From the NCBI GenBank assembly GCA_964187785.1, contig OZ076409.1, forward strand, positions 59,274,001 to 59,338,000: a stretch of 64,000 nucleotides of DNA, given 5' to 3'. Below the pieces are notes generated by a model, which saw only the letters and a list, made by a program, of their open reading frames with translations, ran no database searches and was not told the origin of the DNA. The position numbers and the translations under genes were made by a program. The stretch is from Amphiscolops sp. MND2022 (Eukaryota). Positions 25,339 to 37,098 of this stretch are shown here, in pieces (the first letter of the stretch is position 1; the number at the start of each line of letters is the position of its first letter).

Positions 25339-25473
25339 GTGTACATGAATCCGTTCGGGGACGAAATTGACGAACTGATGCAGCAGCTCGAAGAACAGCA
25401 GCCGATTCTGTTGATGCTCAAATCCAACCAGAAGTACTTCGTGCCTGAAAACTCAGTCCCCCCTCCGCTCTAA
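25339..25473 (+). CDS. WDR97: WDR97-like, terminal exon 2 (VYMNPFGDEIDELMQQLEEQQPILLMLKSNQKYFVPENSVPPPL*)
   Basis: Acceptor ttacacttttAG at 25338, phase 0, coding-like composition, stop TAA at 25471-25473. Predicted protein ~1479 aa. Confidence 0.75.
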   Translation: MYMNPFGDEIDELMQQLEEQQPILLMLKSNQKYFVPENSVPPPL

Positions 25474-26766
25474 TCACAGCATTGTTGGGTTACCCATTTG
25501 AAGAGGGATACCACATAGAAGCGCCTAAAGCATACAATCAAAAGTGCCCCATTCAAAATGGAATGTGTCTTGTGATTCAGTTTCTCTCTACAAACTAAGA
25601 ATTCAAATTTAAACGATACGAATTTTGGGCGTTTTATGTACGCATTTAAAAAAACTTCCCGTTTCTTCATTTTAAAAGTATGTTGAGATTTGTCTTTGAA
25701 CTCAGTTGATATTGATACTCACAAAAATATCCAAAAATTTTACCAAGATGCATGAAATGGTCGAAAATCAAAAATAAATATTTTTCGCACTTTTTTGGGC
25801 ACTCGTTTTTAAAAGTTCAAGTAATTCAACAAATGCATTTGCTACAAACCTAATTTTCTGTCGTCTAATTTCGGAGAACCTCTTTCTTAAAAAATATCTT
25901 TTGAGTATAAAATTGGAACATGGCACAATTTGGGGGAAAACGTGGGAGAGATTAGTTTTCCTTTACCATATGGAAATATGGGTTGCAAAAAATGCCGAAA
26001 TCATATTATTGTGTTTCTTTACCCAAGTTTGACCCTGGGTAGACCCTGGAGGCCATGACAAGATTGTGAAGCCCACTTAGTTTTCAAGTTTTTTGGTTGT
26101 TCCGATAAATTATCAACATTTTTCATCATGGCTTCTTAAAGACAAAGTAAACATCATTTGAAGAATTGATAAAAACATTTTTGTAGGAAAAATTGAAACC
26201 AGTCTAGTATTATAACTGGCGATGCGAGAGTTCTCAGAAAACGTATCTTGAACAGTTCACGGCGAGAATCATGACCGTGCCATGTAATCAGTGACTTCAT
26301 GATCGATTTTAACCTAAAAGAATTTTTTCCGCAGATGCAATTGGCGGCATCTCAGCGATAAGACGGTTCGAGTAAGGCTATGGTTTTAAGTGCATAATTA
26401 CTATTCGGAGTTGATTTACTTTCCATGGTGGTTTCTGCTTGAACTTGTACAATGGATCGCGGTCCCAACAATGCTCTGATCATACATGCCTATTTCTCTT
26501 GGATGTTTCAATCTATTTGATTTTTTCTATGAGTAGAATGCTTATATCTAATTTGATTATTTTTCTATGTCTTTCTGCTACAATAGGTGTAGTTTAGAAT
26601 AGCTAATCTGTCGCCACCAATAATGATCATTTTTGTGAAAGCCCTTGACTTTTCATTTCAGTGTTCAGTTCTACTTTTCACTAGCAATCTGGTGGTGCAC
26701 AATTTTCTTGAAACGTATCTGCTGTGCAAAGTTTCAGTTTTCCTCTTTCACTATCTAGGAAAGAAG

Positions 26767-28700
26767 AATTCAAGAATTATTCAAGTAACCCCAATTAACC
26801 TAGCATGATTTAAAACAACCTACCAATTTTCAACCTCTGAATCATTTTACCAGTAGCCTATATGCTTTAGCAAATTTTATATTTCACAATTTTTTGGCAC
26901 CTTTTTTTGTTCAAACAATGCCAAGGATTACAAAAAGTAGATTTTTCTTCGCCGTTGGGATAATTCGGTTTTTTCTATGAAAAAAACGGTTCCAAAACTC
27001 CTTTTTTGGCAAGACCCATATTTCTCAAACGTACTTGAGGCTAATAAAACAACACAATACTCTCGAACAACAAAGCGTTGTGCAACAAAAACACTTAATA
27101 AAATGTTACAACAATCCCGCACGAAGTACAGTAAAAAGTTCTGAAAATCTTGTGAAGATATAGACCACTTTTCGCAATTTTTCAAAAATGGTTAAAAGTT
27201 TTCAATGGCATTGAAAACTTTTAACCATTTTTGAAAAATTGCGAAAAGTAACTTTTGAGAAACTTGCCCAGATCCATTGGGGTTGATTTAGTTTCGGTTC
27301 TCGGTATCATTTTAAAGTTTTCTACCTAATTTGCGCGTTTTTAGAAAGCTTTAAAAAGGCTTCTGCTTCAGCTTGAATTTTGCTGAATTACTAAAATCCA
27401 ACTTTTTCAAAGACAAAAACGCAGCGGCAGAACAGTCAGAAAACTGTCAATCATCAATTGAAAGCTGTCAATATTGTACTCGATATGGTAATATTTTTAT
27501 AAATATTGACATTCTGGTTGACCCTTTGCCAATGGATATGTTGCCATGTTACCCATAATGACACTTTAAGATCTTATCAAGACAGACGTTTCGAAAAAAA
27601 TCCTATTAAGAAGCCCAATATGGCAAAAAATCTTGCCAAGAACTGCGTTGCCAAGAAAAATTGACTAACATTTATGAATGGTAAATTGATTCTAAAATTC
27701 AAGAATTATTCAAGTAACCCCAATTAACCTAGCATGATTTAAAACAACCTACCAATTTTCAACCTCTGAATCATTTTACCAGTAGCCTATATGCTTTAGC
27801 AAATTTTATATATCACAATTTTTTGGCACCTTTTTTTGTTCAAACAATGCCAAGGATTACAAAAAGTAGATTTTTCTTCGCCGTTGGGATAATTCGGTTT
27901 TTTCTATGAAAAAACGGTTTCAAAACTCCTTTTTTGGCAAGACCCATATTTCTCAAACGTACTTGAGGCTAATAAAACAAAACAATACTCTCGAACAACA
28001 AAGCGTTGTGCAACAAAAACACTTAATAAAATGTTACAACAATCCCGCACGAAGTACAGTAAAAAGTTCTGAAAATCTTGTGAAGATATAGACCACTTTT
28101 CGCAATTTTTCAAAAATGGTTAAAAGTTTTCAATGGCATTGAAAACTTTTAACCATTTTTGAAAAATTGCGAAAAGTAACTTTTGAGAAACTTGCCCAGA
28201 TCCATTGGGGTTGATTTAGTTTCGGTTCTCGGTATCATTTTAAAGTTTTCTACCTAATTTGCGCGTTTTTAGGAAGCTTTAAAAAGGTTTCTGCTTCAGC
28301 TTGAATTTTGCTGAAATACTAAAATCCAACTTTTTCAATGACAAAAACGCAGCGGCAGAACAGTCAGAAAACTGTCAATCATCAATTGAAAGCTGTCAAT
28401 ATTGTACTCGATATGGTAATATTTTTATAAATATTGACATTCTGGTTGACCCTTTGCCAATGGATATGTTGCCATGTTACCCATAATGACACTTTAAGAT
28501 CTTATCAAGACAGACGTTTCGAAAAAAATCCTATTAAGAAGCCCAATATGGCAAAAAATCTTGCTAAGAACTGCGTTGCCAAGAAAAATTGACTAACATT
28601 TATGAATGGTAAATTGATTCTAAAATTCAAGAATTATTCAAGTAACCCCAATTAACCTAGCATGATTTAAAACAACCTACCAATTTTCAACCTCTGAATC
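26767..28700. repeat. Near-identical tandem duplication, 929/928-bp unit, two full copies plus ~77 bp
   Basis: 'aattcaagaattattcaagtaacccc' recurs at 26767, 27696 and 28624. ORFs are duplicated (27373/28301). Few substitutions between units. Confidence 0.95.
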
Positions 28701-28750
28701 CTTCAAAACTTTAACCTTCCTCAACTATAATAACTTTCACAACCACTAGA

Positions 28751-30090
28751 AACAAGGCGGGAACGGCCCAGGGCACAAACGTGTCCCTGGGGGACGTGGT
28801 TTTAGTATCACTCGTTGAATAAAGATTTTTCGGAAATCCAAAAAATCTTATAGTGCTGAAAACCTTACCTAAAACTTTACATTGGACGCAAATTACATGA
28901 TATTTTGAGGAATAGCGTTACACGAGAACTGAGAACGTTATATCAGAGCTTTGTAAACGTTTTATCCGAATTCAAGTACGTGTTAGATGTTATATGAGAA
29001 ACTTTTTAGTTAGCATTTTTTACAGCTTTGAAAAGCTCTTCAAGTAGCATTATCCGGTATACGTTATTTCTGGTTTGCGTTAAATCCGGTATGGGTTGTG
29101 TTATTGTCGGAGGGGACTGACTCCTTTGCACTTTTTACAGCTCAATAGTGTGTAGATTGTCAAAAGGGACATTGCCAACAACTTATAAAGCTTATAAAAT
29201 CTGTCACTTCGTTGGTCTTAAAAAAAGAAAAGTGACTACTATAGTCTGCGTTTTTCTACGAAAAGCGCCGACTAAAAACAAGCCGAGAACGGACCAAGTC
29301 GGTGCGAGCTCAAGGCACAAAAGTGTAGCCGGGGACGGTGTTTTAGTATCGCTTGTTGAATAAAGATTTTTCGAAAATCAAAAGTCTTATAGTACTGAAA
29401 AACTGACCCTAAAGCTTCACATTGGAAGCAAATTGTGAAATTTTTGGGGAAAAAATCAATAACGTTATACAAGAAATGAAAACGTTTTATCCGAACTTTG
29501 AAAACGTTTTATCCGAATTTTAGTACCTGTGAGATGTTATATGAAAAACTTTTTACTTAGCACTTCTTACAGCTTTTGAAAACTCCCCAAGAAACGTTAT
29601 ATCCGGTATACTTTATATCCGGTTTGGCTTGTGTAGTCGTATCCGGTATATGCTAAATCGGGTTTGCGCCAAAAAATCCAAAGGGAGCCCTTTTGAAACA
29701 ATGAGAATTCTCCAAGAATTGTTAAATCCGATATAGGTCGTGTCGTTATTTCTGGTTCCACGTTATATATCGGGTATTGGTTATATCCGGTTTGCGGCAA
29801 AAAAATCCCCCGGAGGACCCTTTTGTGACATTGAAAAATCTCCAAGAAACGTTATATTTCGTATGCGTGATATCCGGAATTCGTTACATCCGTTTTGCGT
29901 TAAACCCAGTATGGGCTGTGTCGTTATATCCGGTATCAGGAATTCGTTATATCCGGTTTTCGTTAAATCCGCTATGGGTTGTGTTATTGTCCGAGGTACT
30001 CCTTAGCACTTATTACAGCTTAGGAGGAGGCGTAGGGTCAATCTTTTTGCGCATTAGATATAGCGCCGACTTAGAAGTTCCCGTCTTGTT
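28751..30090. mobile_element. Cluster of Helentron-like family 1 copies (two minus-strand copies head-to-tail, plus a plus-strand 3' end)
   Basis: aacaaggcgggaacggccc (28751)...gcgccgactaa (29275) is followed directly by aacaagccgagaacggaccaagtcgg. A plus-strand end 'gcgccgacttagaagttcccgtcttgtt' lies at 30090. Confidence 0.65.
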
Positions 30091-30735
30091 AGTCTTATTT
30101 CACAGGATAGTGATTTTAGATCGTATTTCACAAGAATACAGTGGTTTAAGGCCTTAAAACTCTAGAATGCAGTGATTGTAGATACAATAACTTCAGTCCT
30201 TATCCCAGAGGATAGTGACTTCAGATTAATACTCCAAAAGACTGATTTGGTGCACACTTTCCTGTATTTATCAGTCAAAACAGTTTCGACAAATACAGTC
30301 TACCGAGGCCGTTTTCCAGCCCAAACAATACCTGAAGTGCTTCTAAGAAGCAAGGAAATTATCAAGGTTAATAATTATAGTTTTTTTCACGAAAACTGTT
30401 TTTTAACTGTTTTTTAACGAAATGTACTGTTTTTTGTATTCTATTGTTTTCTTCGTCGTGGGTAAACTACCGTGGAAAGCAATGTGTTATGCACAACGCT
30501 TTTTCATTTGTTGCCAAATATTTCAACGTTCAAAAATTTAACGAATGAATCTAAAGCATGAAAGTCATTCACTTCATTGAATTTTTTCCAGATATCATCT
30601 CTTTTCACACGAGGCGTTCTCATCTGTGAACGGAAAATACCAAACAGATTGAACATTCAGAAACTAGACCATAATCAACTGAAAAGTGTCTGAAATTTTT
30701 TTAAAATTATTTCTGCGATAGGCCACGATGCTAGT

Positions 30736-30825
30736 ATTTAACGATTTTCGCCTATAACGATATTCGGATATAACGATTAAAAAACGCCGATCGCCGGGCA
30801 ATCGTTATAAGAGGAGTTGGGTGTA
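30736..30825. mobile_element. Probable terminus of a pogo/Tigger-type MITE
   Basis: Repeated TATAACGA motifs ending in 'cgttataagaggagttgggtgTA'. The partner end was not located. Confidence 0.35.
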
Positions 30826-30930
30826 CAATTTTTGTCGTGGTACTGAAAAATTCAGATATTTTGTTCGGCAGTGAGTATAAGCGTGAGATTCAAATTTCTC
30901 AAGCTGCCGCCAACAATTCGTTTCTCGTGC

Positions 30931-31056
30931 GATGAAACGAGCGAGTGGTAATTATGCATTCGTTCGCCGAATTCTTTTAGATGAAGCGAGCGAATGTTCG
31001 TAATTATGCTTTCGTACGCCGAGTTATTGAGATGAAGCGAACGAGTGTTAATTATT
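30931..31056. repeat. ~50-bp imperfect tandem repeat (3 units); related motif at about 1598-1690
   Basis: 'gatgaa(a/g)cga(g/a)cga.tg...taattat' occurs three times. Confidence 0.6.
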
Positions 31057-32199
31057 AAGTAAAACACCTTAAGCTTGGAAATTGTGCTTGGTTATGGCAT
31101 TACTTGGTCAAAATCCATTATGGCTGCGGTACCAATTTCGAATTTTTCATTTTGGTAAGATTGGATCTTGTAATGATGATAATAAGATCTTAGGAAGAAT
31201 CTTGCCATGGGTTCATTGCCGCCAAGATGTACGAATTTGGCTAGATTTGACCATGGTAGCCAAGATGTTAGTAAGTGGGTCAACCAGGGAATAGAAAACT
31301 AGCACAATATTAACAATTGACAGCTTTCAATTAATGGTTGATAGATTTTGACTACTTTCATAGAAGTGAATGCAACATGTTTATGATTTACTAGTATTCT
31401 AATTAATTTAACTGAAAAGGCTTTTCTCCGTCATTCAAGTAACAGAACCTTTTAGTTTATTTATGGTTCGGATGCTTTCAGCAAATATTACAAAAGTCCA
31501 AAATTTATATGATTTGGGCTCAAAACTTTGAAGAAATATGTCCAGAATTGGATGTTTTCTTGTAAAAATTTATTTGAAGTTATATAGGTACACCCTTTTG
31601 CAATTGTGTAAATTTTAGCCGATGCAAATGTAAATTCAGTGATCATAATTATTACTGAAAGTTGGCCGGCCCGATCTTTTTAATGAAAACTCGAAGACGT
31701 ATATTCGAACGAGGGGGTTGCTGAGATACAGAACTAGCAGACGGTCTATTATTTGATATGTTGAAATATATAATTCAAACGAATTCAAAAATTTTCTGCA
31801 GATGCTACTCAAGAATTAGTTTGTGAAATCTAGTAATTCAAAATTCCTCTATGTAGTTTTTCCAGCGAATAATTTTCAGCAAACTTCTGGAGCTCGTCAA
31901 ACTTCTCATCGTTTCACATTTTTGTCAAAAGACATGATTTTAAACACTTCTCCAGAAATGTCTTGAGAACGTTTAAAGTGCTTTTTTGAGAAATTGATAT
32001 TTTGTAAAAGAGCAATTAGTGGCATCTAATGAGTTTTGTAGTTGAGCGGCACCTGAAATGCCGAAGCTGCTGAAAATCAATTTCTGTCAATTACGGAAAT
32101 GATAATTTCTTGTGGTGTATTTTTGGCAAATTAGGAGTCTGTGCTGGAAACAAATTGTACTTAATTTGAAGTGCATCTATTGATTAGAAATACATTTCA

Positions 32200-32650
32200 A
32201 AATTTGCCCTGTCACTTCACTCAATTCGTGCCGCTACTCAATTCGTGTTAAACTCAGAACAATATAGTCGTGTCAGATACTTCGAGACCCCGGCTATTAG
32301 AGATGTCTTGAAGGTTTATTTTCCGGGAAAAAAAAACGTTCTTATTCATATCTCCTGTGAGAATAGTGTTCATAGTACAGTAATTGGATAGTTTTTTGCA
32401 GATGCTGTACATTTCCCAATTTTTCATAAGAAAAAAAAACAAAAATACATACATGTTTCTGATAATTTTTGCCATCAAGTGCGATAGAATTATTGTCTTT
32501 CCTATTTTTGCTCGTCAATTACTCAAGAATGCAATAGCTTTTATGAATGAAATTTTTCTACCATTTAGAAAAACTAACTCCGGTTGTAAATTACTTGCCG
32601 AAGAATGTCCAAAGGGAACCTGACTCATAATACTACTCCCTGAATGCAGC
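32200..32650 (-). mobile_element. Degenerate LINE endonuclease (APE) fragment
   Basis: ORF 32254-32478 contains 'NTILTGDMN' (GDxN motif). Otherwise decayed; boundaries approximate. Confidence 0.35.
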
Positions 32651-32760
32651 TCTTAGGATGTGTGGTCTTCCTTTGTCCTGCATTCAGGGAGTAGTATTAT
32701 GAGTCAGGTTCCCTTTGGACATTCTTCGGCAAGTAATTTACAACCGGAGTTAGTTTTTCT
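32567..32760. repeat. Perfect inverted repeat, 83-bp arms, 28-nt spacer
   Basis: 32567-32649 is the exact reverse complement of 32678-32760. Confidence 0.95.
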
Positions 32761-33473
32761 TCAGTACTGATTTTTAATCAGTGATTCCCGGTTAAGAAAA
32801 ATTGTCAGCACTGAAGTTTTATTGCACGAATTTTGACCACCTTCTTGTCTTGATGATGGCCACTCAAATTGTGTATATCAAATTGATTACCAACTTACAA
32901 TACTTCATAAAAGTTCAAACAGAACAAACATCAAATGTATTTCAATCTCAAATGATAACAACAAAGAGTTTTTGTTCATTGTCCTCAAATGACATTTCAA
33001 TATGTCACTGAACCCTATGGGCTCGAAAGTTTTTTTTGGGTTTTTTCGATAGTCGCGCTGTGCCGAAAAAAAAGCAACGGAGGGACCCTTTAGCTCGAAA
33101 AACGCTGTTTCCCTTGTGAAACATTTTTTAGTTCTTTTGGTGAAACGAAAATCTGGAAAAAAGCTGCTGTGTCGAAAAACCCAACAGGGATTTTCAGTTC
33201 TGTTGACGAACAAATGGCAAAAGTTCGAACTGCAGCATTCGTGGCTATCATTAGGTTCGGTAGTTTTTGTTCCACAATTTTTTCATCAGTGAAGTTCTAT
33301 TATCTCACAGATTCTATGTCTGGTTTCACAGTTCTTTTTGTTCAGACCTTACATAAATCCACTATAGCTTTGGACAGGAGATTTCTCAATTTTTAGTTTC
33401 CGACTCGATAAGCATAGAATCTATCTCACTTTGTTACGGTTTTATTTTACCAAAGCGTCACCATCTACCAAGT

Positions 33474-33628
33474 TTTGCATTTTTTGGGTTGTATAGAACA
33501 GTTTTTATGGAGTTGGAAAAAATCGTTTCCTTGCCATGACATATGTCGAGAGGGTTTGCATTTTTTGGGTTGTATAGAACAGTTTTTATGGAGTTGGAAA
33601 AAATCGTTTCCTTGCCATGACATATGTC
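33474..33628. repeat. Direct tandem duplication, ~74 bp, period ~81
   Basis: 'tttgcattttttgggttgtatagaacag...ccatgacatatgtc' occurs twice. Confidence 0.9.
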
Positions 33629-33715
33629 CGAGATTTTTATCAAATTGGTAAGCCATGATTTTTATTTACATATGAAATTAAAATCATGGCATACCAATTT
33701 GATAAAAATCTCGGA
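33627..33715. repeat. Near-perfect 89-bp palindrome
   Basis: tccgagatttttatcaaattggta.gccatgatttt...catatg...aaaatcatggc.taccaatttgataaaaatctcgga. Confidence 0.9.
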
Positions 33716-33794
33716 TGAAAAAAGACGTCATCTGGCTGAAAAAGTTCATTGTGACTTTCTGCGCTTATGCGCAGGGTTGAAGTGGAAAGTCTTT

Positions 33795-34283
33795 TTAGTC
33801 GGCGTTTTCGAAGAAAATCCCGACTCTTACAGTGGCTAGTTTTTTTTCGTCAGTTCAACGCGAAACGTCCACTTTTTGTGCATTAATGCACATTTACCAA
33901 CTTTTACCATATGTACTTAGTACTTCATTTTCAACGCATCCAAAGCCTCTAACATGAGATAAAAAGCCATTCCAAAGCAGAAGGGTCCACTTTTTTCGAC
34001 ACTATGAGACTGATTTTTTTCCGAAATTTTGTTTATTGTTCCTCCCATCAATTTTTGATATTTTGCAACAGAATGGATGTTCAAAAAATCCCAAAGCGTC
34101 CCCCTTTTAGATTTTTCGGCACTATGCGACTTGCCGGAAACTTCGAAAAAAATTAGGATTTTTTTTCTCAATTTTTAGTTTTTGAGAGCTTTTGTTGTCT
34201 CCAGTTGTAGAAAAAGTGGTTTTCGTTTTCGAGTCTTTTTGAGCCTTAGATATGGCGCCGACTTGGACCGTTCCCGGCTTGTT
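33795..34283 (+). mobile_element. Helentron-like family 1, complete short copy
   Basis: TTAGTCGGCG...CCGACT at the 5' end; GGCGCCGACTTGGACCGTTCCCGGCTTGTT at the 3' end. Close inverted relative at 37353-37843. Confidence 0.8.
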
Positions 34284-35119
34284 ATTTATTCATTCATTTT
34301 TTACTTTCCTGTTTTTTTCAAAACTTTTCAAAAATAAAACCTTTTCAAATTAATACAAAAAATTAAACCAACCTCTCCTCATCTATAACCCATTCGATTT
34401 GCTCGAAAAAGCAATTTTGATGGAAGTCCTTTACATTCAATCTTATTTCATTCCGTTATGGCGTTGAAAAATGATGGCTGGTTTCTTACGCTTCTTTGAC
34501 ATTTTTTGACGTCAGATGAAAAATAAATTGATTGATTTTCGGGTATCCTCTCATCGTCAAACCATTGCCATTAAAGTTGTTTTGTTCATACTTCGAGACG
34601 TAGAGGTAATGAAAGGGAAAGGAACATAGATAATCCCCGCTGAGAGTAATTTATGTAATATGTTTAGCCTTAAACTGATGTTTCTCGTTTAACTATTAAA
34701 AGCGTGTCGTTCATTCGAATGTTTCCAAAAGTGAAGTTAATTATTTTGTAATGACGCAGCGAAATTCCTGGAAAATCTAGAACTCCTCACGTCACAAAAA
34801 TTATTTCAACTAGAGTAACAAGATTGAGGATAAAATCAAAGTTGACTAAAGTCCAAGCCGCACTCGTTATAAGCAGCATTTGTTTCTACAAGGAAAACAC
34901 ATGAGCCGAGCTTAGCGCAGAAAGCTCTCCTAATATTATAACGGTCAGGCGAGCTTCTGATTGAAATATTTGAGGCAAGACGCGGGGGGGGGGTGATGGT
35001 TATGTTGCAGAAGGATTGTGTTTATGTGTTATTGGGATCTTTGGCGAACTATTTGAAAATTACGGATTTCTATGGAACCTAGAGAACTTTTCTTGCAAAT
35101 GAAAATGATGACTTAGGCT

Positions 35120-35901
35120 AGGCTATAGTAGTGACCTTTTTTCTTCTGACTACAATCCTCACACTGATCGGTCCACTTTTCAGAAACAATCCTGAAACCA
35201 CCTAAGGCCAAGGCAAACTTAGTGCAAAGGGTCCCCCTTTCATTTTTTTACTTTTTCAAGGTAACCTACAAAACCGGACGGGACTAAAGAGTCCCCCTTT
35301 CAATTTTTTCGGCACTGTGCGACTTTTTTCGATTTTTTTGTCTCCAAAGGGTCCCCCTTTCATTTTTTACTTTTTTAACGTAACCTACAAAACCGGACGA
35401 GACTAAAGGCCCCCCTTTCGATTTTTTTTCGGCACTGTGCGACTTCGATTTTTTTGTCTCCAAAGGGTCCCCCTTTCATTTTTTACTTTTTTAACGTAAC
35501 CTACAAAACCGGACGAGACTAAAGGGCCCCCCTTTCGATTTTTTTTCGGCACTGTGCGACTTTTTTCGATTTTTTTGTCTCCAAAGGGTCCCCCTTTCAT
35601 TTTTTACTTTTTTAACGTAACCTACAAAACCGGACGAGACTAAAGGGCCCCCCTTTCGATTTTTTTCGGCACTGTGCGACTTTTCGAAAATTTTTTAATG
35701 TCCCCGAAGGGTCCCCCCTTTGAGTTTTTTATTTTGCAACAGAATGTATGTTTATAAATCAAAAAGGGTTCCCCTTTCACATTTTTTGGCACTATGCGAC
35801 ATTTGTTTAAAAAAAATGAAAATTTCAAGTTTTTTTTCCAAAAAGTTTTGCGCTTTTTGAGTCTTAGATATTGTGCAGACTTTAGACGTTCTCGTCTTGT
35901 T
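35120..35901 (+). mobile_element. Helentron-like family 1 copy with an internal ~119-bp tandem array (~4 units, 35226-35720)
   Basis: 'aaagggtcccccttt...gtaacctacaaaaccggacgagactaaag...cggcactgtgcgact' repeats. 3' end 'gactttagacgttctcgtcttgtt'. Confidence 0.75.
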
Positions 35902-36217
35902 CTTCATAATGCCAATACCTTTCAATTCATTCCACGTCTCGTTCCATGCATAGTTCCCTGGATATAAATATGTTCCTTGCAGAAAGGTTTTCTCCGATTT
36001 CGCGTCGCTGCTTTCGATGACCGCTTAAGTAATGTTCGGCGTTCACAATTATATAAAGTTGAAGTGGTTATCACCATGGTAAAGTTTGATGACTGATCTC
36101 ATGTCTCATGCTTAGGAAGCACTATCAGTTTTCACAATAATGCTCAAGCACTGCTTTCTGCATTGTTACTTCAGGGAATACTTCAGGGAAGACAGTAGTT
36201 TCTAGTCAAACTGCTTA

Positions 36218-36751
36218 TTAGTCGGCGCTTTTCGAAGAAAAACGCAGACTATAGTAGTGACTTTTTTTAAGACCAACGAAGTGACAGATTTTATAAAGAG
36301 TTATAAATAGCTGCTAACAGTAACTGCAACGCTAGCTATCACTGCTGGCACTTGGCATAGAGGTTAATTAACCTTTTTGAGGTCTGCCAAGCAGAAGGAC
36401 GTGGGTTCGAGTCCCGCCCTTGATCAAATTTTTTGTGCAGGTTTTTTTTCGGCTCTGTGAGACTTTTTTCGCAATTTTTTTTAATGTCTCCAAAGGGTCC
36501 ACCCTTCATTTTTTTTCTATTTTGCATAAGAATGGATGTTCAAAACCTCCCAAAGGGTCCCCTTTTACAATTTTTCGGCACTATGCGACTTACCGGAGAC
36601 CAAAAAAATTCGAAAAAAAATTCAAAAAAATTCGGATTTTTTAAGTTTTCCTCACGCGGGTACTGTAGAAGAGAATACTTGACACTTTGAAGTCCTTTTG
36701 TTATTTTTGAGCCTTAGATATGGCGCCGACTTGGGCCGTTCCCGGCTTGTT
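36218..36751 (+). mobile_element. Helentron-like family 1 complete copy carrying a tRNA-like cassette (~36345-36422)
   Basis: TTAGTCGGCGC...GCGCCGACTTGGGCCGTTCCCGGCTTGTT. Internal TGGCATAGAGG (A box) and GGTTCGAGTCC (B box) followed by a T run. Confidence 0.8.
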
Positions 36752-37098
36752 TTATTAAAAGCTTTGGGTTTTAAATTCTTTTTGCGTTATCGGCCATTTT
36801 GGGTCAACAAAAAGTTGTTGTCATACAAAATGATCTTTGTACTCCGTGATAAGCGTTTTTTACCAATGATTTCTGAAGTTGCAAAATGGCTTTTAAAAGC
36901 TAGCTGTTACAATGCATTTTGAGTTCATGTTGGCTTCAGTTGATAATTTACTATTCAAAGATAACGTTAATTACTCAAACATGTTCATTTTGAATTGCCA
37001 TTCTTGATACGCACGCAAATAAACTTGAAAATCTTTGAACACCCATTCCGTGTACAAAAATTATTTTCATGGTTGAATATATATTCTATAACCTCTAA

